Of a stretch of 32,000 bases of DNA, positions 8,640 through 16,855 are shown piece after piece. The notes below the pieces were generated by a model. That model had not been told where the DNA came from and did not search any database. It saw nothing but the letters and a program-made list of their open reading frames with translations. Each line of letters opens with the position of its first letter. Within the stretch, counting starts at the first letter, position 1. This DNA comes from Candidatus Electronema halotolerans (GTDB lineage: Bacteria; Desulfobacterota; Desulfobulbia; Desulfobulbales; Desulfobulbaceae): NCBI GenBank assembly GCA_942493095.1, contig OW818675.1, positions 1,230,001 to 1,262,000 on the forward strand, read 5' to 3'. A program made the translations under genes and the position numbers.

Positions 8640-8768
8640 GCAGAAAATGCTGGATGTTCTTTGTTTTGATATGCTATCCTAAAGCGGCCTGATTAACAAA
8701 CAAAAGCCTTTTCGCATCCTGCGCAGCCATATCTCGTATAGAGGTAAAAACGTAAAAGAGGTTTATTC

Positions 8769-9308
8769 ATGGCTCTTCTTCCACCAATCGAGATTGAATC
8801 AGAACTAAGCTACGCTTACTTGCATGCCGTGGCAGCAATGGCGGGCATGTCGTGTGAATGTTCAGGCCGACATACTGATAAGCTGGGAGTTGATGCTATT
8901 GTCAGAGCGCAAGAACAGTTTTCCGATGAATCAATTTTGACTGATTTGGCTCTTGACGTACAATTGAAAGCAACAATTGTCGCACCAAGCAAAAAAAATG
9001 ACAGACTTTCATATCACCTCAAAGGAATAGACAGATACGATAAACTGAGAAAATCGACAGTAAATCCAGCCAGAATTCTTGTTGTTCTCTTTCTGCCAAA
9101 TAATGCCGCTGACTGGATGCACCAGACCCAAGAACAGTTAGCAATAAAAAAATGTGCTTGGTGGGTAAGTCTTAGAGGAGCACCTGAAACTGATAACGAT
9201 TCTGGCGTTACAGTATATCTTCCTTGCGCTCAGGTATTCAACGTGCAAAGTCTCAGAGATATTATGACACGTCTGTCTAAACAGGAGGAACTGCTGTATG
9301 ATGTATAA
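8769..9308 (+). CDS. DUF4365-like (restriction-endonuclease fold) protein
   Basis: RBS AAGAGG. SELSYAYLHAVAAMAGMSC...TDKLGVDAIV...LDVQLKAT...ILVVLFLPNNAADWM...AWWVSLRG matches my memory of the DUF4365 pattern (D.GiD...vQvKat). AT-richer than the flanks. Confidence 0.7.
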   Translation: MALLPPIEIESELSYAYLHAVAAMAGMSCECSGRHTDKLGVDAIVRAQEQFSDESILTDLALDVQLKATIVAPSKKNDRLSYHLKGIDRYDKLRKSTVNPARILVVLFLPNNAADWMHQTQEQLAIKKCAWWVSLRGAPETDNDSGVTVYLPCAQVFNVQSLRDIMTRLSKQEELLYDV

Positions 9309-10455
9309 TTATCAATTATTACAGTTAGCCAGTCAGATACTTCCAACTGAAGCAAGAAATTATGCGAAAGTTCATGGCTGGGAGCCTGTCACGGCAGCTA
9401 AAGGCAGGATTTGGGTCTTCAGGCATAGCGTGCAGAAACTTCGCCAGCTCGTTATCCCTATAGACCAAGAGGACGATGCATATTCTGAAGCAATTGTAGA
9501 GGTGTTGCAACGAATAGCTGACGATGAAAAGCGCAGTCCAATTGCTGTTGCTTCAGACCTCCTGATGCCGAATTCAGATATTGTACGGTTTCGAGTCGCC
9601 GGGGATGATATATTAGCTGGAAATTTATCTCTTGAGGATGGAGCATGTCTGATTGAAGGCGCAAAACGAGCTATTCTCTCGTCAGCGTGCTCGGTTATTA
9701 ACAAGACAACACACCATCCAAGAATGAGCAGGAGTGAAGCAGCAGAGATGCTGAAAGCCTGCAAGTTTGGCCAAACTGAATATGGGAGTTTTGTCGCTAA
9801 AATCGCCTGCCCTCTTAATGCGGTGGAGACAAATGCGTCTTTATTAGATGCGACGATGCCGTTTGTACGACATGCAACAAAATTGCTATCTTCAGCATGT
9901 CATCAACTTGTTGAGAGCATTGAAAATGATGCCGTATCAGCATTGATAGAAAACAATTCAGCCAACCCGATAATAACATCTAATCTCTGTGATGCTCTGC
10001 TGCGAATGCAAGGAGGGAGGGAAAAAAGCTCTCTTGGTATCGACATCACATGGGCTTCTAATCCCAATGTTCCCATTCCTGATGTTCCAAGGGGGGTAGT
10101 CTTCAAAGCGGAATACTTCCGAACAGTAGATGAAATACAAAGAGCATTGCGGCCTAAAAAAGAGAGCGACAGTTCTCAAACGTTGCTTGGCACTGTAGAA
10201 ACTTTAAATGGCCCTGTAGGTGAGGATGGCCGCCGTTCCGGTGAAGTGATTTTAGCCCTGCTTCTTGAGGATGAAGAGGTTGTCCGTGCCCGTGCTGTTC
10301 TTGGTCCAGATGAATATGCCCGTGCTGTTCAAGCTCATAACAAAGGGCGAACTTATATAATGGTTAAAGGTGTGCTTCAACGAGGGAACCGAATCAGCAG
10401 CCTGCAACAGGTTGAATCCTTCGATCTTGTAGGTCAATCTCCTCCTTCAGAGTAA
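9298..10455 (+). CDS. hypothetical 385-aa protein, translationally coupled to the DUF4365-like gene
   Basis: GGAGGA lies 8 nt upstream of the ATG. There is an 11-nt overlap with the upstream gene. No Walker A or other motif recognised. AT-richer composition. Confidence 0.7.
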   Translation: MMYNYQLLQLASQILPTEARNYAKVHGWEPVTAAKGRIWVFRHSVQKLRQLVIPIDQEDDAYSEAIVEVLQRIADDEKRSPIAVASDLLMPNSDIVRFRVAGDDILAGNLSLEDGACLIEGAKRAILSSACSVINKTTHHPRMSRSEAAEMLKACKFGQTEYGSFVAKIACPLNAVETNASLLDATMPFVRHATKLLSSACHQLVESIENDAVSALIENNSANPIITSNLCDALLRMQGGREKSSLGIDITWASNPNVPIPDVPRGVVFKAEYFRTVDEIQRALRPKKESDSSQTLLGTVETLNGPVGEDGRRSGEVILALLLEDEEVVRARAVLGPDEYARAVQAHNKGRTYIMVKGVLQRGNRISSLQQVESFDLVGQSPPSE

Positions 10456-10478
10456 TTTATTCTGACGCGGTCGTGTCG

Positions 10479-10618
10479 GAAGAAACCATCTGAATAGTTC
10501 CCCGGAAACATACTGGTATGTTCTCAGAAAACCATCTATATGGTTTTGGAAAACCATTCAGATAGTTTCCTCAGTACCATATAGATAGTTTCTCCGAAAC
10601 CATTCAGATGGTTTTCCG
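10479..10618. repeat. array of six phased 23-bp imperfect palindromes (consensus GAAAACCAT-N4-ATGGTTTTC)
   Basis: Dyad centres are near 10491.5, 10514.5, 10537.5, 10559.5, 10582.5 and 10605.5, spaced 23, 23, 22, 23 and 23 bp. The best units are AAAACCATctatATGGTTTT (10528-10547) and GAAACCATtcagATGGTTTTC (10596-10616). Confidence 0.85.
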
Positions 10619-10653
10619 TCGTCCTTCTCCTTGCCGCATTGCCCTCTATTTTG

Positions 10654-10682
10654 TTGACAAAGCCCAGCCGCCGCCGTATCTT
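10654..10682 (+). promoter_or_regulatory. sigma70-type promoter module A (TTGACA-17-TATCTT)
   Basis: TTGACA at 10654-10659, a 17-nt spacer, TATCTT at 10677-10682. It shares extended similarity with the modules at 13284 and 17685. Confidence 0.5.
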
Positions 10683-10741
10683 GGCCTGATCAAGCAAAAT
10701 CGTTTGCATCATCATATCTTTGAATCCGCATGGAGGGCATT

Positions 10742-11812
10742 ATGGGCACTGTGCAATATCGCGTCGAGCCGAATCCGCTGACCAAACCTGCATCCTACAA
10801 GCTCCGCTTCATCCCCCAACAGACAGCGGGCTACGATGAGCTGGCCGCTGCCCTTGCTGAGGACAACGGCCTGAGCGTCGAGCAGGCCAAGGCATTCCTC
10901 CAGTCAACGGTGAAGAATATCAAGAAGATGCTCTGCAACGGCATTCAGGTGACGCTGGAGGAAGCCTTCACTTTCGCCCTCTCCTTTCATGCCCGCCTGA
11001 CCAACCCGGATGACCCGCTGCCGCCGATTGACGAACTCCTTCGGGTCAGCATTTCGGCCAGTCGTCCTTTTGTCCAAGATATTGGGCAAGATATCACCTT
11101 GGAACGGGTTGCGGCAGCAGAAAAGGCTCCGGCCATCCTCTCCGCCGCAGACACGACCCTGCTGCTGAACAATGTCCTCAACCCGGACGGCGTGCTCCGC
11201 CTGACCGGCAGCAATCTTGCCTTTGACCGCAGCAGCCCGGACTGCCGCTGCCTCATTGTCGGCACCCAGAGCGGCAGCACGGAACAAACTCAGTTCGCGG
11301 GCATCAGCGACAGCGAAGTCCTGCTGGTGCCGCATATTCCGGCGCAGGCAAATCCTTGGAATAACGAGTACACGGTCTCGATCACCACCCGCTACACTGA
11401 ACATGGCTCGCTGCGCACCGGCACTTATGGACGCAAGCTGCGCTCGCCCCTGACTGCTGTCAATCTCAGTCATCCGAACCCGCCGGAGACCGGCATTCTT
11501 ACGGGCAGCGCGGCAAGCGCGTATGTCAGCATCATCGGCTGCACCATCTCGGCCAGCGAGCGGCTGCGCATTCAAGTCGATGCCAGTGTGCAGGAAAATC
11601 AGCTTTCCTTCCGCTTGGTGGCCATGCAGGACGGCGGCGCAATTGGCGGCATGGTGCCGGTGACGGCTAACGGGGAATTCACCCTGCCCGGTTTTGCCGG
11701 TTCCGCAGTCAGCAGCTTGCAGATCAGGGTTGATGACTATGCCGCCCTGCGAACGATGATCCGCAACGATTATGACAGCAGACTGGTGGATATTTTGGAT
11801 TTGCAGGTGTAG
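10742..11812 (+). CDS. HU-like DNA-binding domain protein with DUF4469-like Ig-fold region(s)
   Basis: ATG 10742 follows GGAGGG (10732-10737). The ORF-track start 10730 is an alternative. N-terminus YRVEPNPLTKPASYKLRFIPQQTAGYDELAAALAEDNGLSVEQAKAFLQSTVKNIKKMLCNGIQVTLEEAFTF resembles the Bacteroidota HU-HIG family. The downstream LNPDGVLRLTGSNLAF...YTVSITTRYTEHGSLRTG resembles DUF4469. Called from memory of the families. Confidence 0.6.
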   Translation: MGTVQYRVEPNPLTKPASYKLRFIPQQTAGYDELAAALAEDNGLSVEQAKAFLQSTVKNIKKMLCNGIQVTLEEAFTFALSFHARLTNPDDPLPPIDELLRVSISASRPFVQDIGQDITLERVAAAEKAPAILSAADTTLLLNNVLNPDGVLRLTGSNLAFDRSSPDCRCLIVGTQSGSTEQTQFAGISDSEVLLVPHIPAQANPWNNEYTVSITTRYTEHGSLRTGTYGRKLRSPLTAVNLSHPNPPETGILTGSAASAYVSIIGCTISASERLRIQVDASVQENQLSFRLVAMQDGGAIGGMVPVTANGEFTLPGFAGSAVSSLQIRVDDYAALRTMIRNDYDSRLVDILDLQV

Positions 11813-11905
11813 GATAGTGGGTTGAGAATGGGTGGCGTTGGGGAGGGCGGGTGCTTTCCCCAACAGGGGCTGTCCTTGCAATATTGCAGGGTAATATGAG
11901 GCATC

Positions 11906-12523
11906 ATGGATATTCTGAAGACAGTACGTCAGGCGATAAAGGGATTTTGCGTTGAGTTTGTCAATCATCCCTATCTGTGCTATACAGAGCATGGTCAACA
12001 TGCGTTATTTTATACGCGGTTATATAACCTTCTCCCAGAAGAAGAACGATATGTGTCGTATCAGAATCAAAGGGTTTGTATCCTTCAAAAGGAATATCCA
12101 ACCGCCACGAATTTAGGAAAACCAAAACGGCAACATTGGGATGTATCTGTTTTAGCTACACTGCCAACAAACAAGTTAACGAGAGAAGGTTATGATTATT
12201 TACCCTTGTTAGCCAGTATTGAGTTTGGACTAAATGCAACGGAAGAACATTTGAAGGATGACATCGAACGACTTGGACATCCCGATGCAAATGTCATGCA
12301 AGGGTTTATAGTGCATCTTTATCGATTATCCCCTTCTGGGCATCAGTTTTCTCGCCGAGACTTGTCTAATAAGACGAAGAACATGCTTACACCTCAACAG
12401 GTAGGAGATTTAACCGTAGGGCGGTCTGTCGAAATATACTACGGAATGGCTGATAGCACGGGCAAATATCAATCTGGCGTATGGCATATCAGTGGCGACA
12501 ATGTGGAGCCATTAAGGCCGTAA
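11906..12523 (+). CDS. hypothetical protein (205 aa)
   Basis: An AT-richer ORF with plausible composition. HWDVSVL and SIEFGLN could be nuclease-like motifs, but no family is recognised. The perfect palindrome TGCAATATTGCA lies 18 nt upstream. Confidence 0.6.
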   Translation: MDILKTVRQAIKGFCVEFVNHPYLCYTEHGQHALFYTRLYNLLPEEERYVSYQNQRVCILQKEYPTATNLGKPKRQHWDVSVLATLPTNKLTREGYDYLPLLASIEFGLNATEEHLKDDIERLGHPDANVMQGFIVHLYRLSPSGHQFSRRDLSNKTKNMLTPQQVGDLTVGRSVEIYYGMADSTGKYQSGVWHISGDNVEPLRP

Positions 12524-12524
12524 G

Positions 12525-12542
12525 CTGGGCTTATAAGCCCAG
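12525..12542 (+). terminator. perfect 18-bp palindrome directly after the stop codon (possible terminator hairpin, no T-tract)
   Basis: CTGGGCTTATAAGCCCAG. Confidence 0.3.
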
Positions 12543-12644
12543 TCTAACAACTTGCCGCAGCAGCACTGTTTGCATACGTTGCGCAGGCTGCATATCTTGA
12601 TGGCTGCAAAGCATGGTAAGTATCCATAGCCCAGCTTTTAAACT

Positions 12645-12902
12645 ATGCCTGAATTAAGCAGATTCCTTGGAATAGTGATACGCATGTATCTTCGTGAACA
12701 TGCTCCTGCGCATTTCCATGCCGAGTATGGAGAATACGAAATCACGGTGGATATTGAATCAGGAGTTGTGACGGGAAAGTTTCCACGAAGAGCATTGATG
12801 GCCGTTCTTGACTGGTACGTGCTGCATCAGGATGAACTCATGGCTAACTGGAATGCTGCCATGAACAGAAAGCCTCTGTCAAAAATTGAACCATTGGAAT
12901 AG
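12645..12902 (+). CDS. DUF4160 family protein
   Basis: MPELSRFLGIVIRMYLREHAPAHFHAEYGEYE...LDWYVLHQDELMANW is the canonical DUF4160 pattern. Confidence 0.85.
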   Translation: MPELSRFLGIVIRMYLREHAPAHFHAEYGEYEITVDIESGVVTGKFPRRALMAVLDWYVLHQDELMANWNAAMNRKPLSKIEPLE

Positions 12903-12904
12903 GT

Positions 12905-13171
12905 ATGTTCACACATGTTGAGCAAGCAAAATATCTTGACGGCTATAAAGTATGGTTAGCCTTCAACGACGGAGCAGAGGGTGAAATAGACTTGTCATCT
13001 GAATTATACGGCGAGATATTTGAACCATTGAAGGATGTGTCGTATTTCAAGTCGTTCACCTTGGAAGGCCACACCCTGTCATGGAGCAACGGAGCAGATT
13101 TTGCTCCTGAGTTCCTGCGTGAGCATGTAAACTGCATTGATCGGAGAAAAGCAGTTATAGATGATAACTGA
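12905..13171 (+). CDS. DUF2442 family protein
   Basis: YLDGYKVWLAFNDGAEGEIDLS...IFEPLKD...TLSWSNGADFAPEFL is the canonical DUF2442 pattern. It starts 2 nt after the DUF4160 gene, the usual pairing. Confidence 0.85.
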   Translation: MFTHVEQAKYLDGYKVWLAFNDGAEGEIDLSSELYGEIFEPLKDVSYFKSFTLEGHTLSWSNGADFAPEFLREHVNCIDRRKAVIDDN

Positions 13172-13283
13172 CTTTGAGGAGTTGTGGATTCAACTCGCAA
13201 GTGCAACTTTTCGTATATTCACCTCACTATTGCCGCTCATCCGCTGCCCAGCCGCCGCTGCTTGCAGTAGCGGCCTATCTTCC

Positions 13284-13312
13284 TTGACAAAGCACCTGAT
13301 GCTGCCTATGCT
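13284..13312 (+). promoter_or_regulatory. sigma70-type promoter module B (TTGACA-17-TATGCT)
   Basis: TTGACA at 13284-13289 and TATGCT at 13307-13312, upstream of the SPFH gene. Confidence 0.5.
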
Positions 13313-13400
13313 GCCTGAGCAAGACCAGCATCTCTCGCCTGCCATCGTGCTTGCTGCGGGCAGGCGGGCTGTTGATTGATCAACTTACAAGGAGAACCGC

Positions 13401-15368
13401 ATGGACCGAGAAATTCAGGAACGAAAGCGACAAGGCGGCATCATGGAGCAGCTGCTCAAACTCAGGCTGCGGACCATTTTAGGCTTGCTCCTTGTTTCTC
13501 TGCCGCTCATCTATATCGGCATTTCCTTAGTCTCAATTGAAGAAGGCCATGTCGGCATTGTCTTTGCCAAAGTTGGCAGCAAGCCTGCCGTGGCAGACCG
13601 CTTCATTGTCGAGGCAGGCGAGAAAGGTTATCAGCGCGAGGTGCTGATGCCGGGCATGCGCTTCTACTGGTTCTTGGAGCCATTCTGGAAATACACGATC
13701 ACTGAGGAACCGTTTGTCAAAATCCCACCCGGCATGATCGGGGTGGTCAATGCCAAGGATGGCTATCCCATGCGGCCCGGACAAATTTTGGCTGATTCGG
13801 ATGTCTATGGCGAGGACGGCACCTTTACAATGGGGCAGAAGGGGCCGCGCTTGGAAATCCTCAAGCCGGGCGAATACCCGATCAACACTGCCTACTTGGA
13901 GGTCAAGCAGTTCCCGGCAGTGCAAATCCCGGAAGGCAGCCTTGGGGTTTTGACCCGCCTCTACGGTGAGGATCCGCCGCAGGGCACCATCCTCGTGGCC
14001 AAAGAGAGCGGCTTCCGTGGCATCATCCGGGAAGTCCTGCAACCAGGCACCTATTACATCAATCCCAAAGCCTACAAGACTGAGATCGTTGCAGCGGCCA
14101 AGATTGACAAGGGCCAGGTGGGCATCATCACCAAACGAGTGGGCAAAATTCCGCCTGAAGGCACGATCTTGGTTGATGCGAATGACGAGTTCCAAGGCAT
14201 CCAGAAGCAGGTGCTGCAGCCGGGCATGTACTACATCAATCCTTATGAAAAGGCCCTGCGCATTGAGGATGCGGTATCGGTGCCAGATGGTCATGTGGGT
14301 GTGCAGATTGCCAAGACCGGCATTGCCAAACCGGTTGATCAGCTCTTGGCTAAAGCAGGCGAGCGCGGCATTCAGGAGGACACCATGCCGCCTGGTCTCT
14401 ACTATCTCAATCCCTATGCGGTGGAAGTGGTTAATATTGACATCCGCCAGCAGCGCTATGAAATGACCTACCTTGAAGGGCAAGGCGACACCCAGCAGAA
14501 TGATGCAATCGTCTTTTATTCAGATGACGGCTTTGAAATCGCCATTGATGTGACTGTGCTCTTTCAGGTGCTGCCCAATGATGCGCCTTATGTGGTGGCC
14601 ACCATTGGCCGGCGCATTGACGACATCAAGGAGAAGATCATCCGGCCCCAGGCCCGTTCGTATGCCCGGATACTTGGTTCCCGCTACAAGGGCGAGGACT
14701 TTGTCCACGGCGCGACCAGAGAGACCTTTCAGAACGATCTGCATAAAGAGTTGCAGGCCAAAACGATAGAGAGCCGAGTGCAGATGAATCAGGCTTTGGT
14801 GCGTCATTTTGAGGTGCCGACGCAGCTCCGCCAGCCGATCACTGACAAGGTCATTGCCCTGAAGATGCAGGAGAAGTTTGAGCAGGAGCAGAAGACCCAG
14901 AAAGCCAATGCTGACTTGGCCCGTGAAAAGGAGAAGGTGAACTTTGAGTCTGCCAAGGTGGTGGCTGAGACCAAGAAGGTCAAGGCCATCATCCTGGCCG
15001 AGGAGGAGCGGGAGGTTGAGGAAATCAACGTGGCCAAGAAGGAGTTTATTGCCCAAGGCGAAGCCAAGAAGGTTCAGATCGGGGCGGACGCGAACCTGTA
15101 TCAACAGGAGAAAGAGGCTGAAGGTATTTTGGCCGTAGGCAAGGCTAAGGCAGAGGCTAAGAAGCTGGAGCTGTCTGCCTATGAGGGTGACGGCGGCCTG
15201 CGCTTTGCTGAGGTGGAAAAGGCCAAGGCTCTGGGCAGCGGCATTGAAAAGATATACTACATCCCCTCTGACATGAGCATCAACGCCATTGCCAAGGATT
15301 TCGAGAACGCCATCACCGTCGGCCTGCCAGAGCGGCAGAAGGCGGCGGCCAGTCAAACGCAGCCTTGA
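13401..15368 (+). CDS. SPFH/band-7 (flotillin-like) membrane protein with a five-fold repeated N-terminal segment and a C-terminal coiled coil
   Basis: RBS AAGGAG. One N-terminal TM helix. Five units of hVGv...G..ILv...G....L.PG.YYINP. Then the SPFH core FYSDDGFEIAIDVTVLFQV...ARSYARILGS, followed by an E/K/A-rich coiled coil. Confidence 0.85.
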   Translation: MDREIQERKRQGGIMEQLLKLRLRTILGLLLVSLPLIYIGISLVSIEEGHVGIVFAKVGSKPAVADRFIVEAGEKGYQREVLMPGMRFYWFLEPFWKYTITEEPFVKIPPGMIGVVNAKDGYPMRPGQILADSDVYGEDGTFTMGQKGPRLEILKPGEYPINTAYLEVKQFPAVQIPEGSLGVLTRLYGEDPPQGTILVAKESGFRGIIREVLQPGTYYINPKAYKTEIVAAAKIDKGQVGIITKRVGKIPPEGTILVDANDEFQGIQKQVLQPGMYYINPYEKALRIEDAVSVPDGHVGVQIAKTGIAKPVDQLLAKAGERGIQEDTMPPGLYYLNPYAVEVVNIDIRQQRYEMTYLEGQGDTQQNDAIVFYSDDGFEIAIDVTVLFQVLPNDAPYVVATIGRRIDDIKEKIIRPQARSYARILGSRYKGEDFVHGATRETFQNDLHKELQAKTIESRVQMNQALVRHFEVPTQLRQPITDKVIALKMQEKFEQEQKTQKANADLAREKEKVNFESAKVVAETKKVKAIILAEEEREVEEINVAKKEFIAQGEAKKVQIGADANLYQQEKEAEGILAVGKAKAEAKKLELSAYEGDGGLRFAEVEKAKALGSGIEKIYYIPSDMSINAIAKDFENAITVGLPERQKAAASQTQP

Positions 15369-15429
15369 TGTTGCAGAGCTTGCAGGAACGGGGAGAGGCT
15401 GTTAGCGTTGTGGTCGAATTCAATCCCCT

Positions 15430-16161
15430 TCACGATTTCTGCACATCCAGCGAGAAACAGAGATGCCCGAACCGCTGCTCGATATAATCAAGCAACGTGT
15501 AGATGAGCAGGACAACCCCGATCATCTCCAAGAACTCCTCAATCGTGAACAGCACGATATAGGTGACGGTGTAATAGCCGTGCAATTCAGCCTCTTTTCC
15601 GCCGAGCATATCAAATCCCACAGCCCCGCTCAGAAAGATAATCGCGGAAAGGATCAAGAGAACAGTTGTCTTGCGGGGAAGGCGAAGAATAAAGCGAAAA
15701 TAGAGCAGCCCCAGGATGATCATCAGGATGCTGTAGGGAATAACCCAAGGAAAATAGAGCAAGCCGCTTGCCTCAAGAATCCCTGTTGATTTGATGTATT
15801 CCGCTGTGTAATCACCGAGTCTTTCATGCAGGACAAAGGATTCATCTAAGGAGAGAAAAAGAAAAACAGCGGCAAGACCGAGCCAGTAACGGCGCTTACT
15901 TCCCTGTTTTTCCTCTAACGAGGCGATACAGAAAAAGAGAAGGGAAGATAAAAAGAGGGCCAAGCCTGAATACAAGGAAGGGATATTCTTCTCTATATCC
16001 AGATCAACATAGCTTGTAATGTACCTCAGATCCTGATTCCCGGTATAGAGAAGAACTGCCTGGGCTATACAGTGCAGCACGGTCAACAGGATGACAAATG
16101 CCAGCAAAAAGAGCGCTGTTTCGCGGGGATGAATTTTTAGCTGAAACATAGGCAGAACCAT
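15430..16161 (-). CDS. hypothetical polytopic membrane protein
   Basis: About 6-7 hydrophobic helices (ALFLLAFVILLTVLH, LYSGLALFLSSLLFFCIA, WLGLAAVFLFLSL and others). AT-richer. Same strand as the Gly/Tyr-rich genes and downstream of them. Confidence 0.65.
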   Translation of the reverse strand: MVLPMFQLKIHPRETALFLLAFVILLTVLHCIAQAVLLYTGNQDLRYITSYVDLDIEKNIPSLYSGLALFLSSLLFFCIASLEEKQGSKRRYWLGLAAVFLFLSLDESFVLHERLGDYTAEYIKSTGILEASGLLYFPWVIPYSILMIILGLLYFRFILRLPRKTTVLLILSAIIFLSGAVGFDMLGGKEAELHGYYTVTYIVLFTIEEFLEMIGVVLLIYTLLDYIEQRFGHLCFSLDVQKS

Positions 16162-16320
16162 AATCTGAAAGTAATTGAAAGGGAAAGGAGAACGGTTTAT
16201 GCTTGTATCGAAGCTGGCTGCTGAGGCAGTGCAATAAATAACCTCCCGATATTCATGAGGAGCCGCCTCAGACTTTTCAGACAGCTCCTTCTTGTCATGC
16301 GCTGGCAGGCTTAATCGTTG

Positions 16321-16674
16321 TTAGTAGCTATAGCCTCTGTATTCATACCCATTGTTATTGTTGTAGTAAGGTGTTCCGGGCGTTCTTGGCGTTCCGGGCA
16401 CTCCATAAGCTCCTGGTGCTCCATAAGCTCCGGGCACTCCATAAGCACCGGGTGTTCCATAAGCACCGCGATATTCGTAGCGGCTGCCGCGATAACCATA
16501 ACTTCCATTATTGTAGTACGTTCCTGGATAAGCACCGCGATATTCATAGCGGCTGCCGTAGCCATAGCCGCGTTCATAGCCGCTGCCGTATCCGCCGCTG
16601 CCCTGGGCAGTTGCGAAAAGTGCCAGTACGAGGAATGATCCGGCCAAGGCGATAGCTGCTGTTGTCTTTTTCAC
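16321..16674 (-). CDS. secreted Gly/Tyr-rich low-complexity protein, copy 1
   Basis: GTG start 7 nt after AGGAGG. Signal peptide MKKTTAAIALAGSFLVLALFATA. The mature 94 residues use only 11 amino-acid types, with 23 Tyr and 25 Gly by my count. Internal repeats are SRYEYRGAY x2 and GAYG(V/A)PG x4. Confidence 0.75.
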   Translation of the reverse strand: MKKTTAAIALAGSFLVLALFATAQGSGGYGSGYERGYGYGSRYEYRGAYPGTYYNNGSYGYRGSRYEYRGAYGTPGAYGVPGAYGAPGAYGVPGTPRTPGTPYYNNNNGYEYRGYSY

Positions 16675-16855
16675 GAGGAATCCTCCTTTTGTGGGTTAAA
16701 GAGAGCGAATTGCTCTTGTGTATGATTATATAATAGCAAAGAAAAGATTAACGGAAGATGAACTTGAAACTTTTTTTGCTTTCCAGGAAACAAGGAGCCG
16801 CCTCAGACTTTTCAGGCAGCTCCTTCTTGTCATGCGCTGGCAGGCTTAATCGTTG

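Noticed and set aside
10479-10618. Possible CRISPR array
   Set aside because: The units abut with no unique spacers, the period is only 23 bp, and no cas genes are present.
10904-12001. 365-aa minus-strand ORF, as long as the plus-strand gene it overlaps
   Set aside because: Its Arg/Ala/Gly-rich composition is typical of an antisense frame, and it has no RBS. It runs into the start of the next plus-strand gene, while the plus-strand frame has an RBS and recognisable domain patterns.
13533-15356. 316-aa and 278-aa minus-strand ORFs
   Set aside because: They are antisense to the SPFH gene. The second is a Leu-rich mirror of the E/K coiled coil.
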